DNA of 64,000 bases from the human T2T-CHM13v2.0 reference genome, Homo sapiens (GCF_009914755.1 NC_060941.1), one strand, 5' to 3'; shown: positions 43,371 through 57,224, counted from the first letter of the stretch. Translations and numbers: made by a program. The notes: a model not told the origin generated them from the letters alone.

Positions 43371-46300
43371 AGGTATATGAAAAAGTACAAATATACCAAC
43401 TATACAATCCTATATAATTGTTTATTAGTATCTGATAATTCAGTGTATAGGTATCAGTGTCAGTAGGACATGTTCTTTGTTTTTTTCTGTTTTGTTTGTC
43501 CTATTATGATGAAAAACAGCATCAATTTTTAAGAGTTACCCAGGGCTGTACTCTGTCACTACAGAGTTGTTTCCTTCTTTGAAAAATTAATTATATTGGC
43601 TTTGTACCTGACATGTTTTAGCTCTATATAGCAATCCAGCCTGTGGATATTATTTGAAAAAATGTAATTAATATTTTCCATACTTGTTCCTCAGGAATTT
43701 TCTTTTCAGTGTTTATCTTTTAGAAGTCTAGTGACAACAATTTTTTTATACATAAGTAATATATTACAATAGCTTTAGATTCTTATAATATGATTTGATA
43801 GCTCAGACCTAAATATTTTTAATTAATTGGAATTTAAGATTTTAAAAGATAAATGATTTTTAACAGAAATTACCATAAATATATAATAAAAATAAAATTT
43901 GTCCTCTAGACTGTAAAGATTTGGATGAGATCCTGCTAATATTTGATCAGAGCCTCACTGGATTTCCAAATGCCTAATTACAAAATGCTCAAAGTGTTCT
44001 GTGATATTTACAAAGTTCACTAATGAGAAATATTTATTTTGATTTTAGCGGCATATTTCCAAAATTATGTAAGAGGATACTCCTTATATACCAGTGGGAA
44101 CAAAATGCCTGCAATTTTCTCTTAAACATATTTTAGAATAGATACTTCCTATTACTAATCTGTAATTATTCTCATAACCAGTGTTTATATAAGATTATAT
44201 GCTGCTTTATCATGGTTTGGTTACTTTTTAATAATCTCATTGACAAGGTTCACCTTGTGTTCCTACCTTCTCATTTGTTTTCAATTGGGATTAGTTTTTA
44301 AGTATAAATCTTTTATTGTCATTACTACTTGCAGTTTATGCCCAGTTGTAAAATTTTCCAGTGATTCAAAGTTACTGGTGCCTGAAACAAATTATATTAA
44401 CATATAGTTACTTATTTGTCTTTGTTTTCTGTTTTATATAAATACTATATGCATACAATTATCACCCCCCCCCCAATAAAATGACACTGGAAGTTAATTA
44501 CTTTTGGCTCTTTATTCCACAGCTTTATCTTAAACATGATAAAATAGTATATGCAAATTCACAATGATGTATAAATAGTGCCATCTATGATGGAAGATTA
44601 ACAAAAGAATGTCTTTCATCATCACAGACGGTTATAAGAATGAATTTCTACAGAACAAGTGCCCTTTTTGTCATTAAATCCTTTTTGTTTAACAGGTTGT
44701 CCTAATTTTTATTTTGAAAGAAAACATTTTGCTCCTTTAGCTAGGAGGTAAGAAACATAAGGAGGGTAATTATAATGGGATTTAAATAATTCACTTACAT
44801 TTCTATGCCAATAATATAAAGCATGTTCTCTTAGGTTTTTTAATAAGCTCTAAAATGTGTCTTTCAGTTTACTAATATTATTTTTTAAAACACACAATAC
44901 TGTTATCTTCCCAAATCGAATATTATTGTTTTCCAACAACAGATTTGGCAACCATTCAGAGGCAAATAGTATTATGCTTTTGAGATTTTCAAATATATCT
45001 GAAGTGCTGTTGACTGCTCTCCAAATCAGGTCAGATGCACTGTCTCTTTAGGAGAATTTGCCAGAGGTACTGTTTGTTCAAATGGAAAATTTTCATGTTC
45101 CATAGTAAGCTTCATTTATTTTCCAAACCTCTAAATTTTTTATACTAAATTTTTTATAGCAACATCTCCCTTTATGAACCATGGGGTCTTTATTAATTAA
45201 ACAATCAACAGGGCTGATTTATTCTCTTATCAGCTGAATTACCAAGCACACAAATCACAGAGGAAATGTTTTTAATACTAGAATGTTCTCCAAGCCAGTA
45301 AATCTGGGATTATCTCATCATACCGATTATGTCAAAGCTCTTTAGCCACAGTGCTCACTAGGACATAAAATTGAATGGTATACACACAAATGGCCCCCTT
45401 CCAGCATCATAGGAAGAATTCCAAATTTTTCTTACAATAATCAGAAATCCCTAATTATCAATAAAACTAGCTATGATTATTTATTGAATGTCTCCTCTCT
45501 GCCAGGCACTTCACATGCATTACCTGAGTTTCAGAAGCACTGTGTCCCATTGGTTCTGGACGTTTTAAACAAAGACCCAGGTCTGAAATGTGTGCTTGAA
45601 GCACAGAACACGTCTCTCTGTTGCTTTAGTTTTATTTCTTCTAGTGAGTAGCTGTTGTAATTGCATATTTGATGCTTAGGTGTGTGCGTGTGTGTTTTTA
45701 GGCATATACAAAAAATCATATTGTGAATATAAGATTAATCAAGTTATAAGGTTAATCAAATTTTATATTACTTTTGTATTTGGAGTAAGATCAGATGTGA
45801 TTTGTTGATTAAAAAGTGCTTAATGAAGGTTACTGGCAAAGATGACCATCTGGTAGAACTTTCTGATATTCACCGTTCAGAGTCTATAACTACGTTTTTT
45901 TCTTAGACATTTTCCTTTTGATTATTTTAAATTAGCAATTTAATGGAATGTTCATATATGGACAGTTGTAATATGTCAAGCATGAGAATACTATTTATAA
46001 AAAGTCACATAGCAAAGCATACTACCTGAACTTACCCTCAGGTAATTGCTCCTGTTTTTCTTCCTTCCCATCTCCTCCAATTATGGAACTTCAAAGGAGA
46101 GGGAGGAATTTAAATGATTTAAATTATGGTTTCTTCTTTGGACTAATATGTGCTGATAAACATTAAAGTATTAAAATATATACCAATATTTTAAAATAAG
46201 CAAAGCTGTCTCATCAAGCTTTTCCATTTTAGTTTTAGACATGTACTTTGTACAGGGTGATGTGTCCTCATTTCACCTTGCAGTGGCATTCCAGCCCTCT

Positions 46301-46811
46301 CATGTTACACTCATTAGTATTTCTTTAAAACCACTTTCAAGTTAGGCAGCTCTCCAGCTTTATAAAGGCCTTGAAATGAAGTTAACCTGTGCCGAATCAA
46401 ATACTTTAGTAAATTTAGCCTCCATAATAAGAAATTCCATTAAACCATTTTAAAGAGATATTAGTAATGTGGATTATCGTCAAGAGAATAATGATTCTTT
46501 GTACACTAAACCACACTCTGAGCTTTTGAAGCTGTGAAGATGCCTGGGCCTTGTCACTTTCACCTTGATTCTTAAAGAACTTGAACCCTTTTTATGCCAT
46601 AATAAAACCGCTAGTAATCTTCTTCCATGAAAAGATACATTTTTAATATTTAAACAGAGGAGCTGAACAATTTGTGTAGGGGGAACATGAACAAAATGTA
46701 TACTATAGGATTGAAAACAAACCAAACTAATAATAACAGTGGAACTTACCATTTGTACTACCTAACATTTTCAGTATTGTAATCAGTAGCCAATAAAGTG
46801 AATGCATTTTT

Positions 46812-47240
46812 GTGATAGTTCCCAAATTGTGTTCTATGGAACACTGGCCCTGTGTTTGTTAACGGAGATATGTTACTTTGAGTAATATTACATAGTCTTG
46901 GAGACTCATAGAGCACATTAGCATATTAAAATCTCTGGGAAATCTTATAGTAAAGAAACCTATTCAATTATGTCAAACTTATTTGACTGTAGAATTATAT
47001 TCTTCACATAACATTGATTAATTGATTGATGATTGATTGAGACAGGGTCTTGTTCTGTCACCCAGGCTGGAATGTAGTGGATCATACCTCACTGCAGCCT
47101 CAAACTTCTGAGTTCAAGCAGTCCTCCCATATTAGCCTCCCAAGTCAGTAACTGGGATTACAGGCATGAGCCACTGTGCCAGGCTATTCTTCACATAACA
47201 TTTATTTAAAACTCTCGGGAACATACTTTGGAAAATGTTA
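46812..47240. mobile_element. Old hAT-Charlie MITE interrupted by an Alu monomer
   Basis: Termini tagttcccaaattgtgttc / gaacatactttggaaaatg; gcacattagcatattaaa internal motif. Confidence 0.55.
47016..47184 (-). mobile_element. FRAM/FAM Alu monomer with (ATTG)n tail and perfect 18-bp TSD
   Basis: Single Alu arm; TSD tattcttcacataacatt at 46998-47015 and 47185-47202. Confidence 0.88.
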
Positions 47241-47916
47241 CTTTATAATGTAGGAGGCACTTTCAGATCCACAATCTTAAGTAATCGTTGTAAGTACTGG
47301 CCTTCAGATGCACTTGATCTAAGACATGATGCTGCTTCTGAGGTTGAGTTTGGGGAGGACGAAGGCTAGGGAAACTGATCTAGGGTGGATAAAGGCAGTG
47401 GGGTAAACCAGGGCTAGAAAGAGTGTCCAAGGAGAAGAAACAAATCCTTGTCCTAATTCGTGCACTCCAGAGTTGGGAAGATGGTGGTGGATTTAGGAGA
47501 TTCATCCAGCCAAAGGCTGGGAGTAGGACACTAAGTGTAAGAAATACCATCCACCAGGTTAAGAGCATGATTTCGTGATGTGTCACCATTTCCTAGACAT
47601 ACCCAATATCTTTTGTACTTCCTTTCTCATCTCTGCTTGTGTTATTTCCCTGAAACACTTTTCAGGATGCTGGTCATTTGTTCTGAGATCATGTTAGGCC
47701 CCACAAATTCAGAGATAAGAAATATAGTTCCTGCCATTAAGGAGCTTTATATGAAATAGGAAGGCCTAAAAATAAACAAGCATTTATAATTTGATTTAAT
47801 AAGAGATAAGACCATGGGCACAGATTGGAGGATTCTTAAGGGATATTTGGTTTTTTAGAATTAATAAGAGTTAACTTCTCATGGGAAAGGATTATGGGAA
47901 AGAAGAAGATATTGTT

Positions 47917-48230
47917 GGTGGGGTGCAGTGGCACACGCCTGTAATCCCAACACTTTGGGAGGCCAAGGTGGGTGGATCACTTAAGCCCAAGAGTTCCAGA
48001 CCAGCCTGGCCAACATGGTGAAACCCTATCTCTACTAATAATACAAAAATTAGCCAGATGTGGTGGTGCGCACCTTTAGCCCTAGCTACTTGGGAGGCTG
48101 AGGCACGAGAATTCCTTGAACCCCAGGGGACAGAGGTTACAGTGATCTGAGATTGTGCAGCTGCACTGCAGCCTAGGTGACAGAGCAGGACTCTGTCTCA
48201 AATACATAAATAAATAAATAAATAAATAAA
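47917..48230 (+). mobile_element. AluS/J with (TAAA)n tail
   Basis: Full sense dimer ending 520 bp upstream of the last exon; tattgttg repeated on both flanks. Confidence 0.92.
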
Positions 48231-48750
48231 AATTTTAAAAAGCAGGTATTGTTGAGGCAGCTAAAAAAACAAAGTATTTCATTGAATGTTTAGCAAGTGA
48301 GTAACAGCGTATGATTTGTCATTTAGAAAGTTCTTTGGCTGCAGTAGAGAATGAATTAGAAAAGAACTAGAGCAGAGGCAGGGAGGCAAACCATTTCAGT
48401 GACCCAGACTATTTCATTGAAAAAGGAGAGCAAGAAACAGATTCCAGAGATGTTACAGCAAGGCAGTCATTGGACTTGCTGACTTACTGAATGTCAGATA
48501 CTGAAACGAAAGGAGTTAGAGATGCTGCATTCACCTGCATTCCTTTTTAACCAAAGAAGAAAGAAAGAAATGGTTTTCATTGAAGCTTAAAATGTGTCTA
48601 AGACTTATTAAAGCTATTGGATCTAGTTCTAACTGCTTCCTATCACAGGGACTTTACTAGGGTAGAAGCAATGTCACCAGGATCAGTACTTGCATGGATG
48701 AGTAGAAGGACAGTCTTTCAGATTCTAATTGCATTCTTGTTCTTCTCAAG

Positions 48751-48865
48751 TCATGTAACACAGACTACATCCTGGATCCATCCCGTGATGAGTGTCCTGA
48801 ATCTATCTCGCTCAGAGGAGAATGAAGAGGATTGCTCTAGAGAACTCCCCAACCAGAAAAGTTGA
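48751..48865 (+). CDS. STXBP4: STXBP4 terminal coding exon, C-terminal half of the WW domain plus tail, stop TGA
   Basis: Branch-like ttctaat (48723-48729), pyrimidine tract and aag| acceptor. AA+T gives AAT (N), then HVTQTTSWIHPVMSVLNLSRSEENEEDCSRELPNQKS*. The WxxP motif completes the WW domain, and the sequence matches my recollection of the STXBP4 C-terminus. Confidence 0.96.
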
Positions 48866-50664
48866 TGGTTTTCCTTAGGAAGTGGAGCTACATGGATGAT
48901 GTGAGCAGAGACGCATAACATCCAATTCTGAGATGAAACAGTCTAAAATAGGAGTAAAGCATGCACTACTTGTTGAAGTGTGAAATGGAGACTCTGGACT
49001 TTGGGTATTTTTGTAAAACTTTTGATATTTCTGTATACATTTAAAAAATCAATTGCCACTACAGTAGTTCCTTAAGAATAATCTAGTTATATTTTTTGAA
49101 ATCACATATAATTAGACTTTATAATATATATACTTTTTCATATATAATTAGATCTTTCTTTGTAATTTCATATGTAGTTCTTCATAGGGTCTCAGATACA
49201 ATGGTTTTTATAATTGACATATTGAAAAAGTATATGAACATAATGAAACACCTCATTTATTTGATAATTCACTAATGTTTTATATTCATATATTAGGAAA
49301 GTGAACTTAGCAAGCTTTTTGGAATTTAAGGATCACATTTAGACATCTCATGGGCTGATGAATACAGCTGGTATCTTTGTGGAGCTTTCTAATTTACAAA
49401 ATGCTTTGTAGACCCCATTGTCTTTAAACCATACAACATGCCCGTGAAGCTGATCTGGTGGGTATGTTTATTCTTGGTTTTCAGTAGGGAAATAGCAGTT
49501 CAGAGAGAGGAAGCTCTCTGTCCCAGCACCGAGACTCACTCCTAAGTCTTCTGATTCCATGAGCAGTCCCCCTTCCCCCATACCCTGCTGTCTCCACGGA
49601 GGGAGGTCACAGCCCATCACGCAGGACACTGTGATTGTGTTGATGCAGCTGGCTCCACAGCTGTGCATTCCACAGAGATTCAGAAGGCACCTCTTCGGTC
49701 AAACATGGCCCCTCTATAACCCCACTATTCTTCTCCTATAAACCCTTCCCCCTTCTCTGCACCCAAGCCTTCGCCAAGTAGGCGCACTCTTTGTGATATT
49801 GTTTCAGCAGACTTCTTTCAGCAGCTCGTGTTTTTCTAAAGTGAAAGGCATGGTTTGTCCTGCTTAGGTTGCCCTTCCCAGAGGGATGGTTTGAGGGGAG
49901 CTGATGAGAAGAGAGGTATCTGTTAAAACATTACTGCTCTACTCGAAACAAGATGGAAGCCTAAAGCCCAAGTCGAGCAGCTCCCAGCACTGCTGTGCAG
50001 ACCTAGAGGTCCTTAGAACATAGTCTAAGAACCATTCATTGTAGCCATTTTATAGTTGAGTAAACTGAGATCTTAAGTCTCCTAGTCTACTGAATTTCAT
50101 ATGGTGTATAATACAGATTTATATGGTAAAGATATACATATACATTGTGCTCAACTATACATTCCTGAATCCATTTAGGATTTGTGATTTATGTCTTGAG
50201 TAATAATATAAAGTCAACTCCAGACTGATAGGTAGTCATTAGCCATGAGAAATGTTTCAGGATGGCTAGGGAAGACTTGTGTTTTGCCTGACAGCCATTT
50301 GAATGTTAGGAAGCTTCGGGGAGACAAGTTTTGAGAGAAGCCCCAGAGGGAGCTATTTCCTTGCACCCCCCAGAGGTGAATGAGGTATTCTATAAGTTAG
50401 TGTCTATAATTGTGAAAGTACAAACTTCTTGTTTTTGTCAAATTAATGGTATGAAATTTCTCTCCCCCTGCTTGAAGAGTTTTCTAATTCGTTTCTAGTG
50501 AGCAAAACAAAGAAGGTGCTTGAGTCACTGAAATCAAAGTACTCAGGCACACAGCCCACTGACAAGAGACACCTCATCCATTAACTGCTGTTTTGTACCA
50601 CTTGCCGCCCTGTTTCTGTCAAATACCTAGTGAAAAAGGCCTAAACAATTGTAATGATATTATT

Positions 50665-50895
50665 TATTGGGCATTTTGTGCCATACATGGTGATGAGCAG
50701 TTTGCATATATTTATTTATGATCTTCTTAAAACCATTCCATGAAATAGGAACTGTAATTATCCCCAATTCTAAAAGAAAAAACTTAGTTTTAGAGAGTTA
50801 GTAATCTTTGCCTAAGGGTCACAAAGCACCTATGTGTAGAAGCTAGGGTTCAAGGCAGATCTGTGATTCCAGAAGCTGTTCTCTAAACCACTATG
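50665..50895 (-). mobile_element. MIR in 3' UTR
   Basis: tatttattgggcatttt..tgcc...ttatccccaattcta...ttgcctaagggtcaca. Confidence 0.7.
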
Positions 50896-51639
50896 GAGAA
50901 CTGCTTAGATTCATTGTCTATGGGTACATTTTATAAAAAGGCAGATTCTAGTTCAGTGTCATAAGGAACTTTCTAGTAATTAGAGCTGATAAGAAAAGAA
51001 TTCCCCAGGAGAAAATGGAAACACTATCCCAGCAATCTGAATTCCTTACTTGGGGAATGTTGCTGAGGAGGTTCAGTGTGTGAATGGACTGAACCAGTTG
51101 GCCACTCTCTCAGATTCCCTCTTCATAAAGCTTCCGTGACTTCTAAACCATCAGGTCGGTGCCATAAGAGATGCTCAAAAAAGCATGGTCAGGGCTTAGC
51201 AAGAATCCTTTTCCAGTGCAAATACGACCCTCATATTATGTTTTGGCGAGTAGCCAGTCTTTCTTTAACATCAATCAACCGTAGCAATGTGGTCATCACG
51301 AAGTCTTCATTGACTCACTGGCTTGGATTTTAGGGTTAGAAAATCTGAATGTTCTTATGTCCTTCCGTCTCACTTTACTAGAGTGCCCAAGTTGACTCAT
51401 CCTTACTCACTCATTCCCTCAAAATATTTATTGAGCACCAACAATGTCACAAGCACTGTGCTAAACACTGTGGTGAAGTAGAACAATTGCTAATCATTTC
51501 CTGGGTTCCACTTACTCTTGATTTAAAAAAAAAAAAACAACAAAAGAGTTTGTGTGTGGCCAGGACTAAACAGCTGCTTCTTAATTTTTGAATTTTAAAA
51601 CTAATCTATTTTATTTAAAAAAAATCAAGTACTTTGGAA

Positions 51640-52125
51640 GTGAATAAAGTAAGAGATAGCCTGTCTCACTTTCCAGAGGTAGCAGTCACTAATACTGTGG
51701 TGAGTGATTTTACTCAAAGGAAATCACACTATTAAGCAGCTTGGTTTTGACATGTTATGTTGTGGTCATCTTTTCATGTCAATACATAGATTAATCTTTT
51801 ATTTCAAATGTCTACATAAAATATCACTACCCACATAACCTATAATTTGTGTGGCCAGCAATTTATTGAACACTAAAATGTTTTAAGTTTTCTTATTGCT
51901 AACAATGTCACAGTGAACATTTATATATTCATTAAATCCTTTTCCTCATGTATCTTTGCACTCTTGTGCTAGTATGTCTATAGTGTGAATACATTCATAA
52001 ATTTCTTGATCAAAGCTAGGTCAAAGTTACATTCATTTTAATTTTGGTACATATCCATAAATTCTCCATAAAAGTAGGACCAACTTACATTACCACCAAT
52101 AGTGTATGTGAGCCTTATTTTTATG
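51640..52125 (-). mobile_element. L1ME fragment in 3' UTR
   Basis: ttccagaggtagcagtcactaata...aacaatgtcacagtgaacat...caacttacattaccaccaatagtgtatg. Confidence 0.6.
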
Positions 52126-53020
52126 TATGATAGGACTTTTTTTAGTCCAAATGTTCCTATAGATTTTCTGGGTTTTTTTTTTTTTTTTGTCCTTGGAAGA
52201 ATAACCTTCCTTCCACCAAGTCCAAGAACCTGAGATTTTTAATCATTAGGTTTTAGATTTCCTTTAGCAGCAGAGACTGACTTGCTGTATAGAGGGAAGT
52301 CAAGTAGTGACTAACTCACTATATGTCAAACACATCATTACTCTTCTCTTTTCCTACTTTACATGTAATGGTTGCGAGGACCAACTTTCAAATGAGCTAA
52401 CTTGGGTGAGACGTTCACTAAAGTACCAAGCACAATACAAATGCATCTTCGAGTTCTTTGGGCCTCACTTTCCCTATCTGAATAATAAGGATAGTAATCC
52501 CTTGCCTTTTCTCAAACCAGTTCAACTCAGCAAACACTTCCTGAGCACCTGCTACATGCCAGGCAAAATGTGAAATTTGCATGCTATGAGGCTAAATGGT
52601 ACTGATTCTCAAAACAAGGAGCTCATAGTCTAAAACCATTTTTCTTTCTTTTTTTTCCCCCTAAACAACCTCTTAAAGGGGTAAGAAGTTAGGGGGTTGT
52701 TTATTAAGAACCCCTGAAGAGCAACCCTTTACCACTCTCTTAAATTTGAAAAATTCCAAAATAATATTAACACCTCTTGACTAGAAAAGGAAAAAAAAGG
52801 AACATGCCGTATGAAGAGCCTCTCCAATAATAAATGCAAAGCAGCTGTCAAAATATAGAGTCAAGTGATACTTTCATAAAGTGTTTGCACAATTAGAAAA
52901 TGTTATCCTTTTTCTCGGGAGAAATGGGACATTTTTATTTTCTCTGCTAAGTGAAATGCAACTTTTTGAAGAATCAACACGCTTGACATTTTTACAATGT
53001 ACATAAAGAACTGAACTATT

Positions 53021-53026
53021 ATTAAA
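53021..53026 (+). terminator. Candidate poly(A) signal ATTAAA
   Basis: ATTAAA with upstream TGTA (52998), CA dinucleotides 10-20 nt downstream and U-rich sequence after, all in non-repeat DNA. Confidence 0.55.
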
Positions 53027-53396
53027 ACAACTTACACACTCCATTGCTTATAACTTTTGAGAGAATGAAAAGAACCTTAAACAGAATGTGCCTGTGGAGC
53101 TTCGCTTTAGAAATGAAATACCCAAGGTGTTTTAACTACAACTGTCTACATGTAATAGTGTGTCTGCATAATGACTTTGTAAATATTAACTGCAATTCTG
53201 TATTTGCTTTCTTGATATGACTTTTAACATTTAAACTTATACTGTTTCTGTCTACTTTTTTCAAAAGTTCAATTTTTACTTTTGGGGGTTGGACTGTTCT
53301 GAGGGAAAGGGCGATCAGATCAATAGTTCTGTCCCCCATTCCATTCCCCCATCACCCAATTATTCTCTATATCACTCTACCCTGTTTATTTCTTTT

Positions 53397-53705
<309 letters not shown>

Positions 53706-54596
53706 TATTTCTTTTACATTATTTATCAGTTTGCCCTAACCTTGTTTTGTTTGTTATCTTCCTCAATAGTGGGAGTAATAATGGGAGTCAGCTTCGTGAG
53801 GGCAGGGATTTTGTCTTCTTGTATTCATTTACTCACTTACACACTTACCGAGAGCTACTAGAGGCCAGACACTTCACTGAGTAGTAGGGATACAATGTGA
53901 GATATATGTGTTTCTAGCCCTTGTGTAATTCGTATTCTATGCAAAGGATATACGATTGAAATTAACCAAAACTTTTTCCATTTATTTTCTTTCTCCGCAT
54001 TCTTTATCAGATATTTGAACTACTGGACCATTTAATGTTCATTACGTTAACAAAGAGTGTGATATCAGAAAGCAGAAAAAAGCATGTTCTTTTGCATTTC
54101 AAAAATTTAGCTCCTTGGGGAACTAGAAAGGATTTATGATTTAGGTCAAAGATTTGAGAGCACATATGATGAGGAAGATGAGGCTTTCTTACTCACTGTC
54201 TAGGAAATAATTCTCCTGGCTGTGAGAAGGAGAAAAAAGAACAAAAATGTTGGTAGGGCACAGAGAAGGACCTGGGCTTAACCTTCTGGACCAAGTTCCA
54301 GGGAGCAGCAAAACCTCAATTACATTTGTCCCCTAGAATGGAAATGATTATGTGGTATGTTTAGGCAGTGGGACCTTGGACAACGCCAGTGAGCTTCCTC
54401 CAGCCCAATGTGGTCAACATTGGAGGATTAGATTGATTTCTGTGAACCCAAAAGGATCACAGGAGTAGCAATAACACCTGCTGGACCTGAATGAGGATCT
54501 TTTCCATTCAATCCACATGTTCTCTCAATGGAAATCAATTCGGACAATAACATTAGACCATCTTAACCCAGAGTGCCTTAGCACTAGATAAGCCTC

Positions 54597-54964
54597 TGCT
54601 GTGGTCTGGATGTTTGTGCCCAGCCCCTAATTTCATATATTGAAACCTAACCCCCAAGGTACCAGTATTAAGAGGTACGGCTCTGAGGAGGTGATTAGGT
54701 CATGAGGCTCCATCCTGGTGAATGGGATTAGGACCCTTATGAAAGAGGCTTCAGGGAACCTGTTTGCCCCTTCTGCCTTGTGAGGATGCAGCAAGAAGTT
54801 GCCATCTTTGAAGCAGAGAGCAAGCCCTCACCAGAAGCTAAATCTGCTGGCATCTTGATCGTACACTTCCCAGCCTCCAGAGCTGTGAACAATACATTTA
54901 TATTGTTTATAAATTACCCAGTCTGAGATATTTTGTTATAGCAGCTCCTGAATGGACTAAGACA
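54597..54964 (+). mobile_element. MLT1A/MSTD-type MaLR LTR
   Basis: tgctgtggtctggatgtttgtg..ttgaaacctaacccccaa...ttttgttatagcagc..gaatggactaagaca. Confidence 0.87.
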
Positions 54965-57120
54965 GCCCACAGAGTTTAGCAGTGACCCCAAGGAAAGGAA
55001 AGAACTGCAAGTTGCCTGAGATTAATGTTGCTCAGGATCCATTTATTCCCTATTCCTGGTGTTTCTTTGTAGAGAGTGCTCCATTAAAGTAACACTTTTG
55101 TCCTGTCTCTGCTTCTTCCTTAGGCAGCGATTTACCTAATTGGTGAGTTTAGGATTAAAAAAAGGAATACATCCTAGAACATTTCTTAAATATATTCCCT
55201 TTTCTCTGTTTCATGCAAACATGGCTTATTTATTTTTCAAGTCTTTCTCATTTCTTACCTGGATGCTTTCAACACAGGTGATATAGCTTCTTCCTTCTCC
55301 ACCACACCTGTCCCCATCAATCTACCCATCACATTTCTGTCAGAATTATCTTTCTATAACACAAAATTGCTTCTATTCCTCCCTTGCTAGTCTTCAGTAG
55401 TTCCCTAGCACCTTCTACTATCTGAGTCCCTGGCTTTCTCCCTAGCCTCATGTCTTATCACCAACAGTTGCTCAGATATACTGTTTTCTGTCTAGGAAAC
55501 TTCTCTTGCCCCATTCCTGCATCAGATTTCTTCTCATACATCAAGATTCTGCTCTCATTTTACCTCTTCTTTGAAGAGCTCCTTGACACATGCTGCCTTC
55601 CCCATGCCCAGAGCTGGCACTCTATGGATGCCATGCCTGCATTTTTACACACCTGCCCAACCCCACTTCCCACTCAGGAGTGGTAGAGCAAGAACTTCCA
55701 CCTCAAGAGAGTTGCTGGCCTGTTTGTCCGGACACTCATTTGGTTACTATATTTACTAATTTACTTTTATCTACTGAGCTGGGTTACTGAGTCTTAGAGG
55801 CTTGAAATCTGGTTCTACCTTCTCTTTCTCCATGTGGTAATGAAAACCGGAACTCTGGTTAAAGCTAAGTGGTCTCTCTCACTGTGGCTGTTCCACTCAA
55901 CATCAGTAGCTAGGTGAGTAAATCAGGTGGAGGTGGGAAGGAAATGGGAAAACAGAATACTGGCCAGGATGGTCTGTTGTTTCTTATCTGTTGTTGGCTT
56001 TGGGGTATTTTATTCTAAAACCCTAGAGGCTGAGAAGGTTAACTGGAAGGCTTCCAACTCTGAAATCCTACCGCAGTCCCCTATTGCTGCATACCTTTTA
56101 ATAAAGTATCAATCACACTATATATGTAATTAATTTGGATAGGAAAGTAGGGCATGTGTCATCTCTCCTAGTAGACTGTGAGTCCTTTATTACTGACTCA
56201 GAGTCCATATATTATTTTTTATTTCTCATGCAAGACATGACACAGTAAAATCTAATAAAAGTTTACAAAATAAATTTAAAATGTAACATTAACATAAAAA
56301 ACTCTTTTAGCTGTTTCCTGCTTCTGGCAGGGAAACAAAGATTGAATTAAGAAGGAAATGAGGTGGGGGTTTAAGTAAGCATGTCTGTACTAACTAGTTC
56401 CACTAATGTGGGAACAATATAATGGATTTTGCTGAAGAAGGAAGTGTATGCTACTTAAGTTGGGCCATAAAACTCACAGTATGATCGCAGTAAAAGGATT
56501 GTAAAGCACATACTCACACATTGTTGATTTGCCCAAGGTTCTGAAGAAATACCACAGAATGATTTTGGTATAGAAGGGTAGATAAAGCCTGAAACCAAAA
56601 TACAAGGTTAGTGCATTTCAGAGCAGCAGCAAACTTCTGTTCTTATGGGTTAATTAATCATGTTACTGAAGAATTGATTTGGCACAAGGGAGCTATGTAT
56701 TGCCACAGAACTCTGAAATTGCAGAAATTATCTCATCTATAAGTAACCCCACTGGAATTGCTTGACTGTTCTGTTTCACAGTGGAGAAATTCATCTTTCA
56801 TCAGCACACACGAGAAGAGACAACAGGAAGACAAAACAAATTGAGTAGATAATAAAGTTACCTTATAGGAATAGGTAATATAGACAGGTAAGGTCAGAAA
56901 TTTCTGTGGAATGGAATATGAAAAGATGTTTATGAGCAGATTCTATTTCTTTAGGCAGTTTTATCATTCAGAGAAGTAATCTATGCATTTAATCTAATGC
57001 CAGCTTTTATTTTTCTTTGGTGATTACCACACAAAAATAAGAAGTTGGCACCAAATTAAATGCATGGATTACTTCTCTGATAAAAGTACTCGATATAAGG
57101 GAAATTTGAAGGAAATAGAA

Positions 57121-57151
57121 TGCATACATACACACACATACACTTAGTATA

Positions 57152-57182
<31 letters not shown>

Positions 57183-57224
57183 CTGTGTGTATATACACAC
57201 CACACACACACACACACACACGTA
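57121..57224. repeat. Compound (CA)/(TG)/(TA)/(CA) microsatellite
   Basis: Alternating purine-pyrimidine tracts read directly from the sequence. Confidence 0.95.

Larger units (their letters stand above)
48866..53045 (+). other. STXBP4: STXBP4 3' UTR up to a likely poly(A) site; it may extend to about 62590
   Basis: Follows the stop codon and starts AU-rich. The end is inferred from ATTAAA at 53021. Confidence 0.6.

Noticed and set aside
48617-48750. 5' part of the 82-aa ORF 48617-48865 as coding sequence
   Set aside because: It runs through the branch point and pyrimidine tract. WW homology starts exactly at the 48751 acceptor.
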